DNA of 63,220 nucleotides, the filler included, from Phoronis australis (taxonomy: Eukaryota > Animalia > Phoronida): assembly GCA_002633005.1 (NCBI GenBank). It is 5 parts of 5 records of this genome, joined end to end, with 100 filler letters (N's around TTAATTAATTAA, not from the genome) between each part and the next. Parts side by side here need not be neighbours in the genome. Positions count along the whole stretch, not along the records: positions 20,803 to 47,200 come from NMRA01000916.1; 4 more parts are not named here. The stretch is one strand, 5' to 3'. The position numbers and the translations under genes are program-made. Under the pieces are notes generated by a model. That model worked only from the letters and a program-made list of their open reading frames with translations. It did not search any database and was not told where the DNA came from. Positions 26,564 through 40,400 of the stretch are shown here, piece by piece. The number at the start of each line of letters is the position of its first letter. Within the stretch, counting starts at the first letter, position 1.

Positions 26564-29500
26564 CCCATAGACGGAGCTATTACGCAACCCCTCTCAAAAA
26601 AAACTTAAAAATTGATCCGAGGCCAAAATCCAATATCCTAACTGGAGCTCCTCCATGGTTCTGATATTTTCTACTCTACTAAATACAAAGATGAGGCGCC
26701 CTGTGTATTCTCAAAAGACCTTAGGTTCCCTCACCTTGTGTCTCTCTTGTGCATAGATAGCACGTACTATTTGAGATCTGGCTGGTTCCCGGCTTAAACT
26801 TTAGATGGCGTGGTAGTTACGTAGAGAAAGAATCGGACAGTTGACGTTTCAGTGGCTTAATGTCGGAAAATTGAAGCTAACGCCATGTAGAAACCCGGGA
26901 AAATATTCCAATTTGGGTAAGACATAACTGATCGGATTCACACGAAGCTTTCACATACATGTACAGTGCTGTATGCACTGTTCTCCAAAACTTGACGTGT
27001 TAGGAACTGTTTTTAAAGTGTTCCAGGTTTGCATGACGGGGTACAAAAATAAGATTTGTTTCTGAAATTTCATCTAATCAATTGAATTTTTTCCTCGTTA
27101 TTGATACACCTATTTTGCTCCGAACCTTCTTTTTGGTATTTTTTCAATATTAAAGTCATTCTACATCTTTCTGCTAAGAGAAAATGTGTACTTTTACATG
27201 AGAGTTATTTTCTGTTGTTTTGTAGATATTTAGCTTAATGCAAAAACTTGTCGATAAGGTCCAATACCTGCACATAACCTTGAAACATAGGAACATGCAA
27301 AGCCTTGCGTCATATTAGCCTTAGTACAGGTTACCCGAACAACACGACTCACACAATCTGAACACTGCATGCTCGCGGACCTGTAAACTCATTTGACTGA
27401 CTCACACAGCTCCGCACTTGCCGTTGACTTTGCAATCGCTCAATTTCCTACTTTGTGGCTGCTGGCCATGCAAACTATCGCACAGTATGTAGGATCTGTT
27501 CCAGGAGCTGGGAACTAAGACTCCCGAAGCATGATGTCATCAGTGCCGCCGGGCAGAGATTTTAAAGCGTTGAAATCATCACGTTGCGTGGGCCTATAAT
27601 TGCCTTCTGTCAATCTTACCGAAGACTTTAAAAAGTATTTCAAAAAGGTTTGAAATGTCTTTTAAATGAACACTTTCCCAGTACTTTCAAGTTTGACGTA
27701 GGTAGCCTACATTGGCGACTTCAGTGTCCTACACTGCAGCTCTTTTTTGACAAGGGGGTTGCCTTGTCACGTAACACAGCTCCTTAAGTGACCAAATAAC
27801 AATGGAAATGACTCTGCTACCATGAAAACCTATGTTTAGACAGTGCAAAAAGTGAGTAGCAAATATTTAAAAAGTGGCCGTAAAAACCCGCCTTACCGTT
27901 ACAAAAACGTTATGAAATTGATATCAAATTGCTCCTTTAAAATTCTAGCCAAAATAACTCTTACTGTGATTTCTGAACTTAGAAAAAACTGACAGTTCGT
28001 TCATTGCTTAAGACAAGGCCATATAAAATGATGTCACGGCGTGTCATATTATTCGCCGAGCATGACCTCCAGCAATGACGATCTGTCACTTCTTTGCAAA
28101 GTTTTCTCATCTGAGCAAGAAATAAGATGAGATTTGCGGTAATGGTCGGGATCAATATCAACGGAAATCTTCTTCCACTCAGCGGCGGCCATTTTGAGGA
28201 AGCCCCCAGAGTCCCTTTCCCGCCTATTTCTTAAAACTAACTCTGTCATTCATAAATCGTATGGAGATGTGCGATGAAGTTAGGATCGCGGCTTTCGAAA
28301 TCTCTTCCGGATACCGTTGGCATACGTGTCTGCTCCCAGATCAAGGGCTAAATCATGAAATCAAGGATAGCTTGCATGCCAACCTCCTTGTTTAAGGGAC
28401 ATTGTAGGCAAGAAAGTGGTTTTATGTGATCAGCCTCGCCGCGAAATCAAATCTTCAGTCAACGAGGTCAAATTCTAGCGCACTCCACTCTACAAATGGC
28501 AAAGAAGTTTAAGCCTATTTAAACTGCTAAGATCACCGCCCTTTATTTCAGGGAATATCTGGTAAACAACGGCTAGAATTAACGTCTTGTAATAACATCA
28601 CAATAACACAACCAACTTATTGTGTTATACCTCTGGCTCATAACTTCATCCCAACCAACAATGAGCCCGAAATAGTTTTTCGTCCTTAAAACCGATATCC
28701 AATCAACATTACCCGCTTCCTATAGCACAATTGAAACTCCCCAGCGCGAGGAGATTCGCTCACAGTATTCTTCAAAATATAATAATATAAAATAATACGG
28801 TTTAAAAAGATACATTTTATCTGTAAAACTGCAAACTGCTGCACTGAACACAATTTATAGACTATACTTGCCTTGCCACATTCTATAGTTTTTGGCTGAC
28901 ACATCTGTTCACTGACAGCTTGGTCCAGGCCCAGTGAAGTGCAGCTTTCTTTTTTAGCGTGTATCTCAATGCTAAGTAGCCTGATGTAGAATGTATGTCT
29001 ACTGCAACAGTTATATTTTTGCTTCTGCCAAATGCATTTACGTTTGTTTTTGGTTTACGTTGCTTTTTGCCGTTTTTTGTTGACTATTGTTTTGTGTCAT
29101 GTCAATTGTAAATACAGTTGTAATTTTAGTTTTGGTTACATTGTTTTTTTAGTTCCATTTAGTTTGTTGTATGTTTCGTTAGATGTGTTTCAATTTATAT
29201 TCGTTAGTTTAGTCATGCATCCATTTTATTGAAAGGAGGAGTTATAGGCTTTGAAGATCTACTTGCAAGACTAAACGAGTTGTTATAATTACTTGTACAT
29301 GTATCTTGTTGTATCATTGGCAAAATAAAGCATATGGCATCTTGGGCTTTTTTACCTTACAGCCTGCATAACTACCTATGGTCATCCTATCTGGTTCCCA
29401 AGAATTTTTTATAGTGGCGAGTGTTAAAAAGGGTTAACGTTTCAGTTAGACCGAGTATGGAGAATAAGACGGTCAAATTAGGGGATTAGTGTTATTCTAC

Positions 29501-31855
29501 ATTAATATTTGGAGTTTGTCAATGTGGAATTTTTTTTTTAATCCTAAGCCTTTATTGTCATATGCAAAAGCTTCACAGTCTTATGGAAACGCTGGACAAA
29601 CGCTTGTAGAACGCATTTGTCAAGCGTCACAAAGGGTTCGTAAGCGAGTACTTTTCTGTGCGTAAAAGTGTGTTTATTTTGCGCGTATACACTGTAAGTG
29701 TATTAGGTTATCCTGCCAAAAGAAGTGGTCATTCTCCGAAGCACCCGTAGGTTCATTGGCGTGTACCTTTCTGCGCGAAATACATGTATGGGTGTTACGC
29801 TACGCCTACCCATTTCGGTGCGCGTACTCATGTTGTCCAGTCTGATTTTAATTAGTGAGTAGACAATCATGCTAGTTTGGAAAAAATTGCCGATTTCTAT
29901 CAAGCGAGCATGTTGGTTCATAGTACGATGGTATTTTGCGAGGAACAGGTAAGATTCAAACTAAGAAATTAATTTTGACTTTTTCTCAGGGATAGCATAT
30001 CGCTTCAATGATTTCAAAAGTGCACTGACACTATAACAGAATTAAGAAGTGTTCACATCATGACTCGACAACCATACTCCTAAACCTTATACCCACATGG
30101 TACATATTCTAACGTGGAACTTTTCCTGCTCGTTTGCCTAACGTCTTTGATTCGGCATAATGATTCAGTACACGTATGTACATCGATGGTATAGGTAATC
30201 GTACCGTAATTCAAGTGAAATGATTCGAGGCGCCAAGGGGTTCTACATCTATCTGCTCACAACAATGTGTTTAAGTCTACGTGTAGATTTAGTATATTCT
30301 ACAACTTATGGTATTTCACTAGTTAAATATATTTGTGTGAGCGTATGGACTCATCTATCTTACACCCCCCCCCCCTTTTCCTTAGTCGGGCCGGTCCACT
30401 AGGATGTTTATTCTCAGCCTTGGTCTACGTTATCACGGGCTTGACAATGTGCTCGCAGGCGTATACCAAAAATTGCCGAGATCCCCTATTGCGGGTGCCA
30501 GGTCTGCTACTTTTCACCCCCTTTTGCGAGATAGATTTTTCTGCCTCACAAGTTTCGCGAAATGGAAATTTAGAGGCCTATTGTACCCCGCGCTGGTCCC
30601 CTAAAACTTGCTGAAAAAGTACCGCCTACCTGCAGTTTTTGATACACACCTGATGGCACCTTGTCAATATGAGGAACTCGGGATCGACGATCTTCAGTTT
30701 GGTCAGCTCCTGGCTCTTACAGGCTGATGACTGTCACGTGTCCATAAGAATTTCCTTTGTTTGTATTTCGCGGTTGTTTCAGTTTTATTTCCTTGTGCAG
30801 TTACACAGAAATACGTGCATGTCTAACCATTTCAATCATTCCCACCCATTACCTCCCATCACTTTTGGCACCCATGTCTCTGTGTTGCACTGTTTTATTG
30901 TCCATCTTACCAACGATTGTTCTGTTCTTATATATTCCATCTTGCTTTCATCCCTATTCTTTGCATTTGTATTCTGTCACCTTTTTTGCCAATCTCGGTG
31001 TCTCGTTTAATCTCTCGTAACGAGCTTGTGGCGCGCGTATTTTAATAGGGACGTATGTCGAACACAAAATGGTTTCTTGACATAGATTACGCCATGTTTA
31101 CCTGTATATCCGGTGTCAGTGCGTACTCTTTGTGTACCCGAACCGAATTATGCCCGAATCAAAGACGTTAGGTTAAAGCGACAACATACGGGGCGTTCTG
31201 CGGTCACATAAACTAGCTTTTGATTTAGACCTTCTAGGCCTACCCGCGCTGTAAGATTGGTCTCAAATTGTTTCTTGCGCTTTTTGAACTAGCAAAGAAA
31301 CGAGTTCCTTATTTTTAGAGATCATACTTAGCGAATAAAATGACACCCTGTGGCAAGCTTCAACTTGTAGAGTCTGATTTTCGAAGGAAATGCTCCGCTT
31401 GGCTCCTGAAAACCGCATGCCGACTGCGTTTTTTTGTTCGTGTCGGGGGGTCTGTCCCCCTAAATCCGCTATTTAATAAACACTTCCTTTGACTGAATAT
31501 GTTTTTAAATAGGAATTAATTAGATCGGGCCTGAAAATGTCGCCCCGTCGGTGTTGAATATCCCCATACACTTCTCAACATTTCAACTAGCTGGCAGTTT
31601 TCAGCAGCTGTGGAGTAAATTTCATAGGTTGAAATTTTACACAAGTTGGATCCGTGAAAACGCGTCTCAGGGTCATTTCTCAACGTTGATGAACGACCTG
31701 TTGTCTCATTTTTTCACGGGCGCCAGGTCAAAAGTTAATATACTTCGGCATGTCGTTTTTTGGTCTTGCAAACGTGTTCATCGTTTTTTTTTTAATTGAA
31801 ATTGATCGTTACAATAACTCGTCAGGAAAAAGAAAAACCGATTTTAAGTGGCCTA

Positions 31856-34800
31856 CAGCACACATCACGAATTTTTGTCCGACCGGTCAGAAATTGGTCG
31901 ACGACCAGCCGTCGACCGGTCGTCTAGCCGACCAATAGCAGAGCAACAACGGTCGGCTGGGAGCCGTCTGCTGAGTCGCCTTTGTGGTCGGCACTTGGGT
32001 CGGCTAAGTGGTCGCCTAGTGTAGACGACCAATTCGGATTAAGCGTGTCCTTGGTCGGCAATTACCATTTTATGACTTAGCGGGTGAACTTTGGACAAAC
32101 AAACATTTAAGTGTTCGCTGTTCGTTTACCAGTGGCAACTCCGGTCTTGACATCGGTTTATCAACTTTTGTTCAACTATTGAAAGGAGGTAAAATCGAAT
32201 CAACCTACATATACTAAGTGCGTGACATTACACCAGCCTAAAACCTTATGTTGAATTAATGACGGCGTGGTAAAATCAAACGTTAAGTGATATCGCGGAA
32301 GCATAATTTCTAACTTTAGATATGAGACTTTTTATACAATACATTTTGCATAAAAACAAGCACGAAATTTGGAATTTACAGTAAATTGCATAGAAATCAG
32401 AATACAACACTGGATATTTTACGACCTCAAGTGTTTTCATCCCGCGGAATGCTCAACAAGAAGCACGCATTTGCGCTCATCCGTTATTGCTTTTGATCAT
32501 CACTCTGACTTCATCACGCTGTATATTGCGCTTTACCACAGATAATTATTGTTCATTTCTGTATAATTTATTAATATGCTGGTATAGCAATAGAACCCAA
32601 GTCTTTTATTTTAGGAACAGCATAAATGGTTTGAACATAGCGCCGTTATTAAATCATGGGCGTAGGAAAACGGGAGACTGTGATCGGTTTATAGTGTCAT
32701 CCATCGTCCATCATCATTCTGAAATTGTCACTTTCGCACTAAAAATCTTTTCGAAGCTAGAGCCTTCCTATCTGGCCAGCTAGCTGTATGAAGACTATTT
32801 TCAAAATACAGCAAGGTGCCACTGCGTATTGAGCTCAAACAGACCTCGAAACTTCACACAGCCCGGATAGTTACACTTGTCACCTCGTCGAAAAGCTTGT
32901 ATCAACATGAGCTCAAGACCGGCGGGTGTGCATGCAAGCTCTGGAAGTCAATTGGCATTCAAGTTGCCGTTACGACCGTTTAAGCGAAAAACATCCGACG
33001 TCATCTTCTTGCGTAATTCTCTGACTTTTGTAACGAAAAAACGTATGTCGTCGTTTTGAAAGAGTTCATTCGTGACACGCGCCACTTTCAAATTGTTTTC
33101 GACATCTCCCATTAGATGGTGACAACATTTCAGCAAAATTTGTTCTAAAATTCAGTTCACTGATATGAAAATTCCACAAACATATAATGAAGTCGTGAAA
33201 CCAATCTGATCATTTGTCGTGACGTTTACGCAACCTTGAGGGAGAACGTTTGATTGAAGAATCTGGGGAAAAGAAACTGGCTAATAGGTGACGCAATATT
33301 TTATTGCATCGACAGTCGACAAAAAACATCACACCATAATTTTATCAGCAGAATAATTGTAAAAAACAATTTTTTGCAACGCTGGTAAATAATTTAGATT
33401 ACTCTAGGAAGATTTCATTCAGTCAGTTTTTACCTACAACGGCGCAAATTTGTATATTTAATTTAGTAAACAGCTTCGCACCAAGGCTAGAGCCTTCCGA
33501 GCCCTTTGGCGTAAGAACACAATATTTGACGTTTCGCGTATACTCCAAGGGGTAAAACTTTGAAAATAATGTTTTCGGGGTAACCTGGTACATGTAATCC
33601 TTAAAAAGTAGGCTGTGTTTTCACGTAGAGCGTATAAATTATTAATCCAGTGATTCAAAAAGGACACTTTCGTAAACGAAAACGTACACAATTTTCAGCT
33701 CTATTATCCTGGTTAAAAACAGCTTCTATAAGTTTATTGCATCGGATTCTAGTGATCACCAGGGCAAGTCAAAACTCTTAAGGGGGCGCAATTTCAAACC
33801 TTTGGCATGAATCAGTGATATAAAAATGGAATTAGACCGACTTTAATTCATCAGCAATGTAAAGACAACAGTTACAGACACGGATTGCGTTTGTTAACAT
33901 CTTGTGACAATGATAAAAATAATTGTTTCTTCTATGATTGAAAAAAGTTTACTCTGATGAGGTATGATGCAATATGCATGTCTAATATGCAGATCGGCAG
34001 TTGCAAAAATATTTACTGGATTTAATAAATCCGTTTGTTATGAACCACTGCAAAAGTATGATTACTAATTGTATATTCGAAGCACGCCTCATTAGAATAA
34101 AAACATACACATGCTTGATGATCCTTGGAGTACCTCTGTTACAGGCATGAATGAAGATATGTAGTTGTTAAGCCTAGAGGATAATAAGTCTTATATATCA
34201 CACTGAGCCATCTACACCAGGCATATACAAAGGATACAGTATTTCAAAAGAATCCACAACTACTAATTTTCATAGCCATAACTGCTCTTTTTTCATAGTA
34301 TTACTAAATCAGGAACACCTAGATTTATATAAGAAGTTAAGTACGATGCTACACAACCTGCTCTCCCACATTTATGGGAGGCCTAATTTGAAACATTTAA
34401 CGGCATACATTTTCTATGCAAGATTAAAACCAAGCAATACATGTTAACTCTCCAGGACCAAAAATGAATAACTCAAAACCAAAAAATTTACTTAAGCAGG
34501 AATTAAAACAATACAATACATTGAGATTGTTTTCACACAGAAGACCAAAAAAACAAATAAAAAACAAAATTCACCACGTCAAGACTGAAAATTTATCACA
34601 TCAGCACCTCTAGTAATTTATCAAGTAAGGACAAAAAATTCTTCACTTCAGGATCAAAATAAAATACGACGGAACTGGAAATTCAATAAGTCAGGTTCAA
34701 AAACTTACCACGTCAGTAACTTTACACGCCAGAACAGCACGTCACCATCCCCAAGCATTGATCCGTCAAAGTGATGATGTCCGTACTATACGTATAAACA

Positions 34801-37441
34801 AGGGCTAAATGTTCAACCTCTTGCCGAAGAGACAAATTATCTTGGAAATGCGGTTGAATTTCTTTCGTCTAATCCACGTTTTACAATAGATGCCAATGTA
34901 TACATGTAGGTACACACTAGATTGTCATCATTGCATAATGGGTGATCACCTAGTCTCCGGGCATGAAAACAATTCTCTCCTGGCGTGATATATTTTCTGA
35001 CACAATAAATCCTGATTGACAATTGTTTTTGATTCTACAGAGATTTCAATTCCTAAATAGAAAATAAATGTGTGTTCTGGATTTTTTCGCTTCAGCTTTC
35101 CATTCAGCTAACTAGTGTACAGCACAGTGTTTTTACTATCCCGTGGCGGCTCCACTGCAACGAATCACTTCTGGTACAACCTTCCGTAAATGACGTTCGT
35201 ATTTTGCACATTTCTTCGGGGTAACAGTTTTCCAAAATTAGAGCTATATATTCATTGGACAAGTTTCTGTTTGGTATTCGGTTTTATTTTCTTTCTCAGG
35301 TAGTCCTTGAGCTTATGCTCTGAATGTTTTGAAAACGCAACTCTTCCTTTACGCAGATACCGTTTTCTGCCCGTGGACCCCGACTCGCTGAATTCATCAA
35401 CCAAACATTTATTTTTGAAATGTACTTTTTCAAAACACCGTGTTGACCATAGTCGTCAGTGTAGAAAAGCGAAATGAACAAATTTGTACACACTGCTCAA
35501 AGCACTTTTGTGGACATACGGAAACACCAACGTCTCTGTCTTACAACGCTGCGTGTGCTTGGTATTTCATTTCATGCTGGAAACTTTTTTAAGACTGAGC
35601 ACCGTTTCAAAAAATAGTATTTTTACAGCTGAGAACAGAAGAATTATTCTGCGATTTTAGGACTGAAACGGAACCAAATCTCGAGTGGTGACTCATTAGA
35701 ATGTGCATAACTTGGGGATGGGGGGGGGCTTTGGGGCGATACAAGCATGATTTATTTATTTTTTATTTTTATTTTGTAGTTGCCACTTCTCATTCAGCGT
35801 CACTTACTACCTAAGGTGGCCAGATCATACGCTATAAATATCACCAGACGCTTTGCTTCTCAAAAATGGACCTTCATGTATTTTCTATTATTTTTTGCCA
35901 TCACAATCGCTTTACCAAAGATTCACGCAAATATGCCGCGTAGAGACAAATACCTCTTCACCACGTATTCACATCTTCCCGTTCACAATTGTTTTATTTT
36001 ACATAATTTGTCAATATGTTGTTGACAAAAAATATTTACTTTATTTATTTTTGGAACAACGTGAACGGCCAACTGATAGGGGCCTACGTGTACATGTAAC
36101 TAGCCCAGATTTTAACGTCACCGATACATGAAAACGGAATGCGCAAAGCTACAATTGGCTGTAGCCTCAACAGTGGTCATTCCGTGTTAGATGTCACCGT
36201 CTTAGTTCGTGGAAATCGTAACCATAGTATGATTTCGAAGTTAGAGCCATCGAAGTCCGTGGGTTTAGGGCATAGGCCTACTGGACCGTGAATTTCGCGG
36301 GGCGTCTGTATTGCAACGCCGGTCAATACTATGAAAATAAAATCCCGGAGTGAGGGCTCCTCGCGGTGTAACAACTCACTCACTCATCCATCGTCATGGG
36401 CGCGTGATAGGACACCGGTGAATAACTTGAAAAACGCAAAAATGATGCAGTTTGGCGTTACACAAACAAAATCAATTGTGGGCGAAAAATAGCCGCGTTT
36501 ACAAAATGACTACAGCGTTGTATGGACCGGGAAGTAACCAATCTATTACAACTTGTTAACGTCACGAGTCAAATTAAACATCAAATGTAAAGAAAACTTT
36601 TACGTTTTTCATCCAAAACTTGTTGCATTGTTCATCATCCAATATTTACTATTACCGCTTGCCTTCAAACTTCGAATTAGTGGTGTTACACAACCGACGT
36701 GAACTCATGTAACCGAGCTAGCAAAACTAGGTTAGTTTATTTGACCCTGTGCTAAGACGAATATGCATGACACGCAAAGTGGTATGAGCCTGACAACCTA
36801 TTATGCAACTGCTACTCTAGACTAAAAATAGCAGCCGACCAGCTGGTCGGCTGATGGCCGGTCGGCAAAAGGGTCGGCTGAAGGGTCGGCTGGGGAGTCG
36901 CCTTATGAGTCGGCACTGCGGGCGGCTGCCTGTCGGCTAATTTTTAGCCCGCGACCGGTCGGCAAATTAGCCGACCGGTCGACGGCCTGTCGTCGACCAA
37001 TTTCCGACCGGGCGGACAAAATTCGTGATGCATAGGCGGATTTAGGGGGGGGGGCCCAGGGGGCCCGGNNNNNNNNNNNNNNNNNNNNNNNNNNNNNNNN
37101 NNNNNNNNNNNNNNNNNNNNNNNNNNNNNNNNNNNNNNNNNNNNNNNNNNNNNNNNNNNNNNNNNNNNNNNNNNNNNNNNNNNNNNNNNNNNNNNNNNNN
37201 NNNNNNNNNNNNNNNNNNNNNNNNNNNNNNNNNNNNNNNNNNNNNNNNNNNNNNNNNNNNNNNNNNNNNNNNNNNNNNNNNNNNNNNNNNNNAGGGGGGC
37301 AAACCCCCCTCCCGACCTCCCCCCATTCGGTGCTATGCGCATCTACAATCGTGGTTCAGTTTGCGCAAATGCTTACAGCCGGACAAAATGTTGGGCCCCC
37401 CCCCTTGTGATATCCTAGATCCGCCACTGTGATGTGTGCTG
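31856..37441. mobile_element. ~5.6-kb non-autonomous TIR DNA transposon (CACTA/EnSpm-like subterminal repeats)
   Basis: Left end cagcacacatcacgaatttttgtccgaccggtcagaaattggtcgacgac matches the reverse complement of 36973-37030 plus 37435-37441. TA flanks both ends, and GGTCGGCT/AGCCGACC arrays lie subterminally. Confidence 0.75.
37031..37429. mobile_element. MITE nested in the right TIR of the 5.6-kb element
   Basis: TIRs cataggcggatttag / ctagatccgccactg; 5-bp TSD TGATG (37026-37030, 37430-37434); internal N gap 37069-37292. Confidence 0.8.
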
Positions 37442-40400
37442 TACATGTAAACCAAAAGTTGATTTCGACAGATGGCGCTGGTTAATCGCCAGTGGCACTC
37501 GCTCGCCTTTGAGACCTGAGTTGAAATTTATTTTTAGCAAATACACGTTTTCAAGAATATTTTCCTTTGTGTAAAAGTTCCACAGAAATCTTTAATTGAT
37601 GATCTGAGCAGACGATCTGTAGAATTCCCATTTGCATTACTGAATTTTAAGTTTACATTTCAGTCGGGTAATATGACAAGTATTGACAAAAAATAAGGCA
37701 CATCACTAAAATTAAAGATGCATTCCGGCCTGACGATTAAGTGTCTAAACGACGATGGAATTAGGCCTCTTACTCTCATAAAATCGCTCTCATCAACAGT
37801 GATTAGACTTCACTTATAATATGTTACCAACAAGAACACCCAAACCATCAAGGACTCGAGAAAACGCTTCATCAGAGTTTATTGGGTTGGTCTGAAATTG
37901 CGGCGAATTTGAAAATGGCGCTAGCAAGCATCGGCTGTGACTAGAGTTTGTAGCTGAAACAGAACTCTAACACGGTGCGGTACATTGTGAGACCGACTTT
38001 CTGAGAGTAAAATGCCCAATTCGACTTTCACTTTTAACCAGCTAAACAATGAGAGCGATTAGCAGCTTTAACACTTACCTGTAATTTTCATTCAACTGAA
38101 CACTCAAAGTCTTCCTTCTGTGATATCACACACCACATGGTCAACTAAACACTCGATGGGAAAATCTATAATTCAATTTCTCTGGACACTGCCGAGACAA
38201 CTGGCACATTCTACTAAGGAACAGCCACACCACCGTGTCCACTCAAAGATTCTTGACTTTCACTCATAGTGCCTCTCTGACACTGTCAAACACGGTGGTG
38301 TAAGACTTTTAAGACTTAAAGTTGTCTGTCCTTGGTGGCCAAGGTGCTTTTGAGAAACACCGACAGGGCGACGTAGTTTTTGTAAGAATTAGTCAGGCCA
38401 GTGATCAGTCTCAGAAGGAGCCAGGTTGCTCTGCAACTTTTAGACAAACTTACAAGTGTTTTTGTATTTTAAATTTATTTACGAACTGAACATAAGAAAA
38501 TAAATTTTTGAGCAAAACTTGATGTTATTTAAATGAATTAACAAATTTATGATAACAAATAAACATGTGCCAATAAACAAGTAAGGATTGTTAGCTTGCA
38601 TGAACGCTTCAATGAATGCTCCCCAAAACCTCCTTCCCATACTCACTTGATTACTACCATATACTGGTATGCTCGTATACTGGTATGTCGGGCAGATAGT
38701 TGGGGATGTCATTTTTGGGACCAAAAGTAGATTTCAAATACATGCCTGGTAGTATATTACGCAATGACTAACATGCCCTTGAGCCTACATGCACAGTAAA
38801 TGTAGACAGAGCTAATTGAAACTATCATGACATCATCAATAACATTATGGTAACAAAGGTTTCTTCATTGTTAGTATAGGTTATGAATGTCACGTTCCAT
38901 AAAACTGGGGAAAGTTTTGCAGTGAATAACTATGCACATCTCCCCCCAAACATGATCCCTGAATGTATTTTCTGAATATTTCCTCGAATAGATATAGTAC
39001 ATGTAAAAAATAATTTGGCAAAATGACCCAGAATTTTCTGCCATGACGACTGAGCGCTGGGAAATTTCCCTCACGACAGCAGAGGTGCTGAAGGAATTTG
39101 AGAAATTTCATCTAAGGCATTACTACATCGCTACATCCACTCTGGTCACATGATAACGTTTTTCAAATGTATTGTGGTATAATTGTTGGCATGTGACTTT
39201 ACAGATAATTTGGTGACGTGTAAACAATACGACGGAAAAACAGGCAATTGGGCACACCAGAATTAAAAACATGGCTCCACATGTTTTTAGGAGTCTGTAC
39301 GACTAAGCAAACATCATACAAAAATAAAATATTGAAAGTGGGTCTCAAAATGCATCGAATTATCAGCAAATCTCTTGCGCAAAATTTTTTTTGAGACATG
39401 CACCATCTGATCACGCTGGAATAAACCTCCTCACCTAAAACGCAAATCATAAATCAATTAACATGTTTGCAAGTCATTTGTGGTTTCACCGGATGTTTGT
39501 GAGCTGAGAAGCAGCCCTTAAAGCATTTGAAAAACAACAGTGGTGTAGATGAAATCTCCGAATTAAAAATCAGAGTTACTGGAATGATGAGTCATGACCG
39601 GGAAATGGAAATTTATATGAATAGTTCTGATCAGCGATGGGGAAAACGAACCACTTCCAAACGGGAGTGGTTCTTTGCTTTGAATCGTCAAGTTCACGAC
39701 AGACATGAAGGGTAAAGAATTGAATCAGGCAAATGTCTGGACTGAAATAAAATCAATCGGATATTCTGAAAATAAATCAGATGGTCGACGCTTAACATAT
39801 TAACAGCCGGCAGTTTTAGTGTACTGATTAGGCCAGAAAGCATCGAGTCAGTGTCGTTTTTCTTTTTGAAAATTGAGTTGGTAGTGTGGTATATTCAGGA
39901 GCTCACTTTTTCAACAGAGAATATCTAAGCCGAGATAAACAAAAATGAAGTGTGATTTGTTTTTGTTGTTTATTACTCATCAATTAGCAAATGATGGTGT
40001 TTCAAACCTTTCTTATCCTTGCTTCCATGCCTTATGCAGCATTAACAAACAAAACTATGGTGGGTGGATGTTTTTTAGCAGGTGATGACACATACAAGTT
40101 CTCAGATGGATTCGACATATTATGCGACATCTATTTGCAAAATTTTATGTTCCAATAAACACCTCTAGAAGAACACCGTTAGCGGTGCATTCGTGGGCGC
40201 ATTTCAACGCTCTGCGTTGCTCTTGTTGTTTTTATTTACGATGAAATAATGGTATCGACATTGGCAATTTCTAGTACACATCTTGCACAAACAGCACTGG
40301 CCGAAGGGGTGGGTGGAAAATGGTGTCACTCGGGGATCTGTCCCCGCCCAAGGAAACTTTCTTGTGCTTATACGTTGATGATGTGAATTTTTTATCAAGG

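Noticed and set aside
35250-35450. Minus-strand reading ...VHFKNKCL...RKRYLRKGRV as a second THAP remnant
   Set aside because: The N-terminal C-x-x-x-x-C, FP and W signature was not recoverable; too weak.
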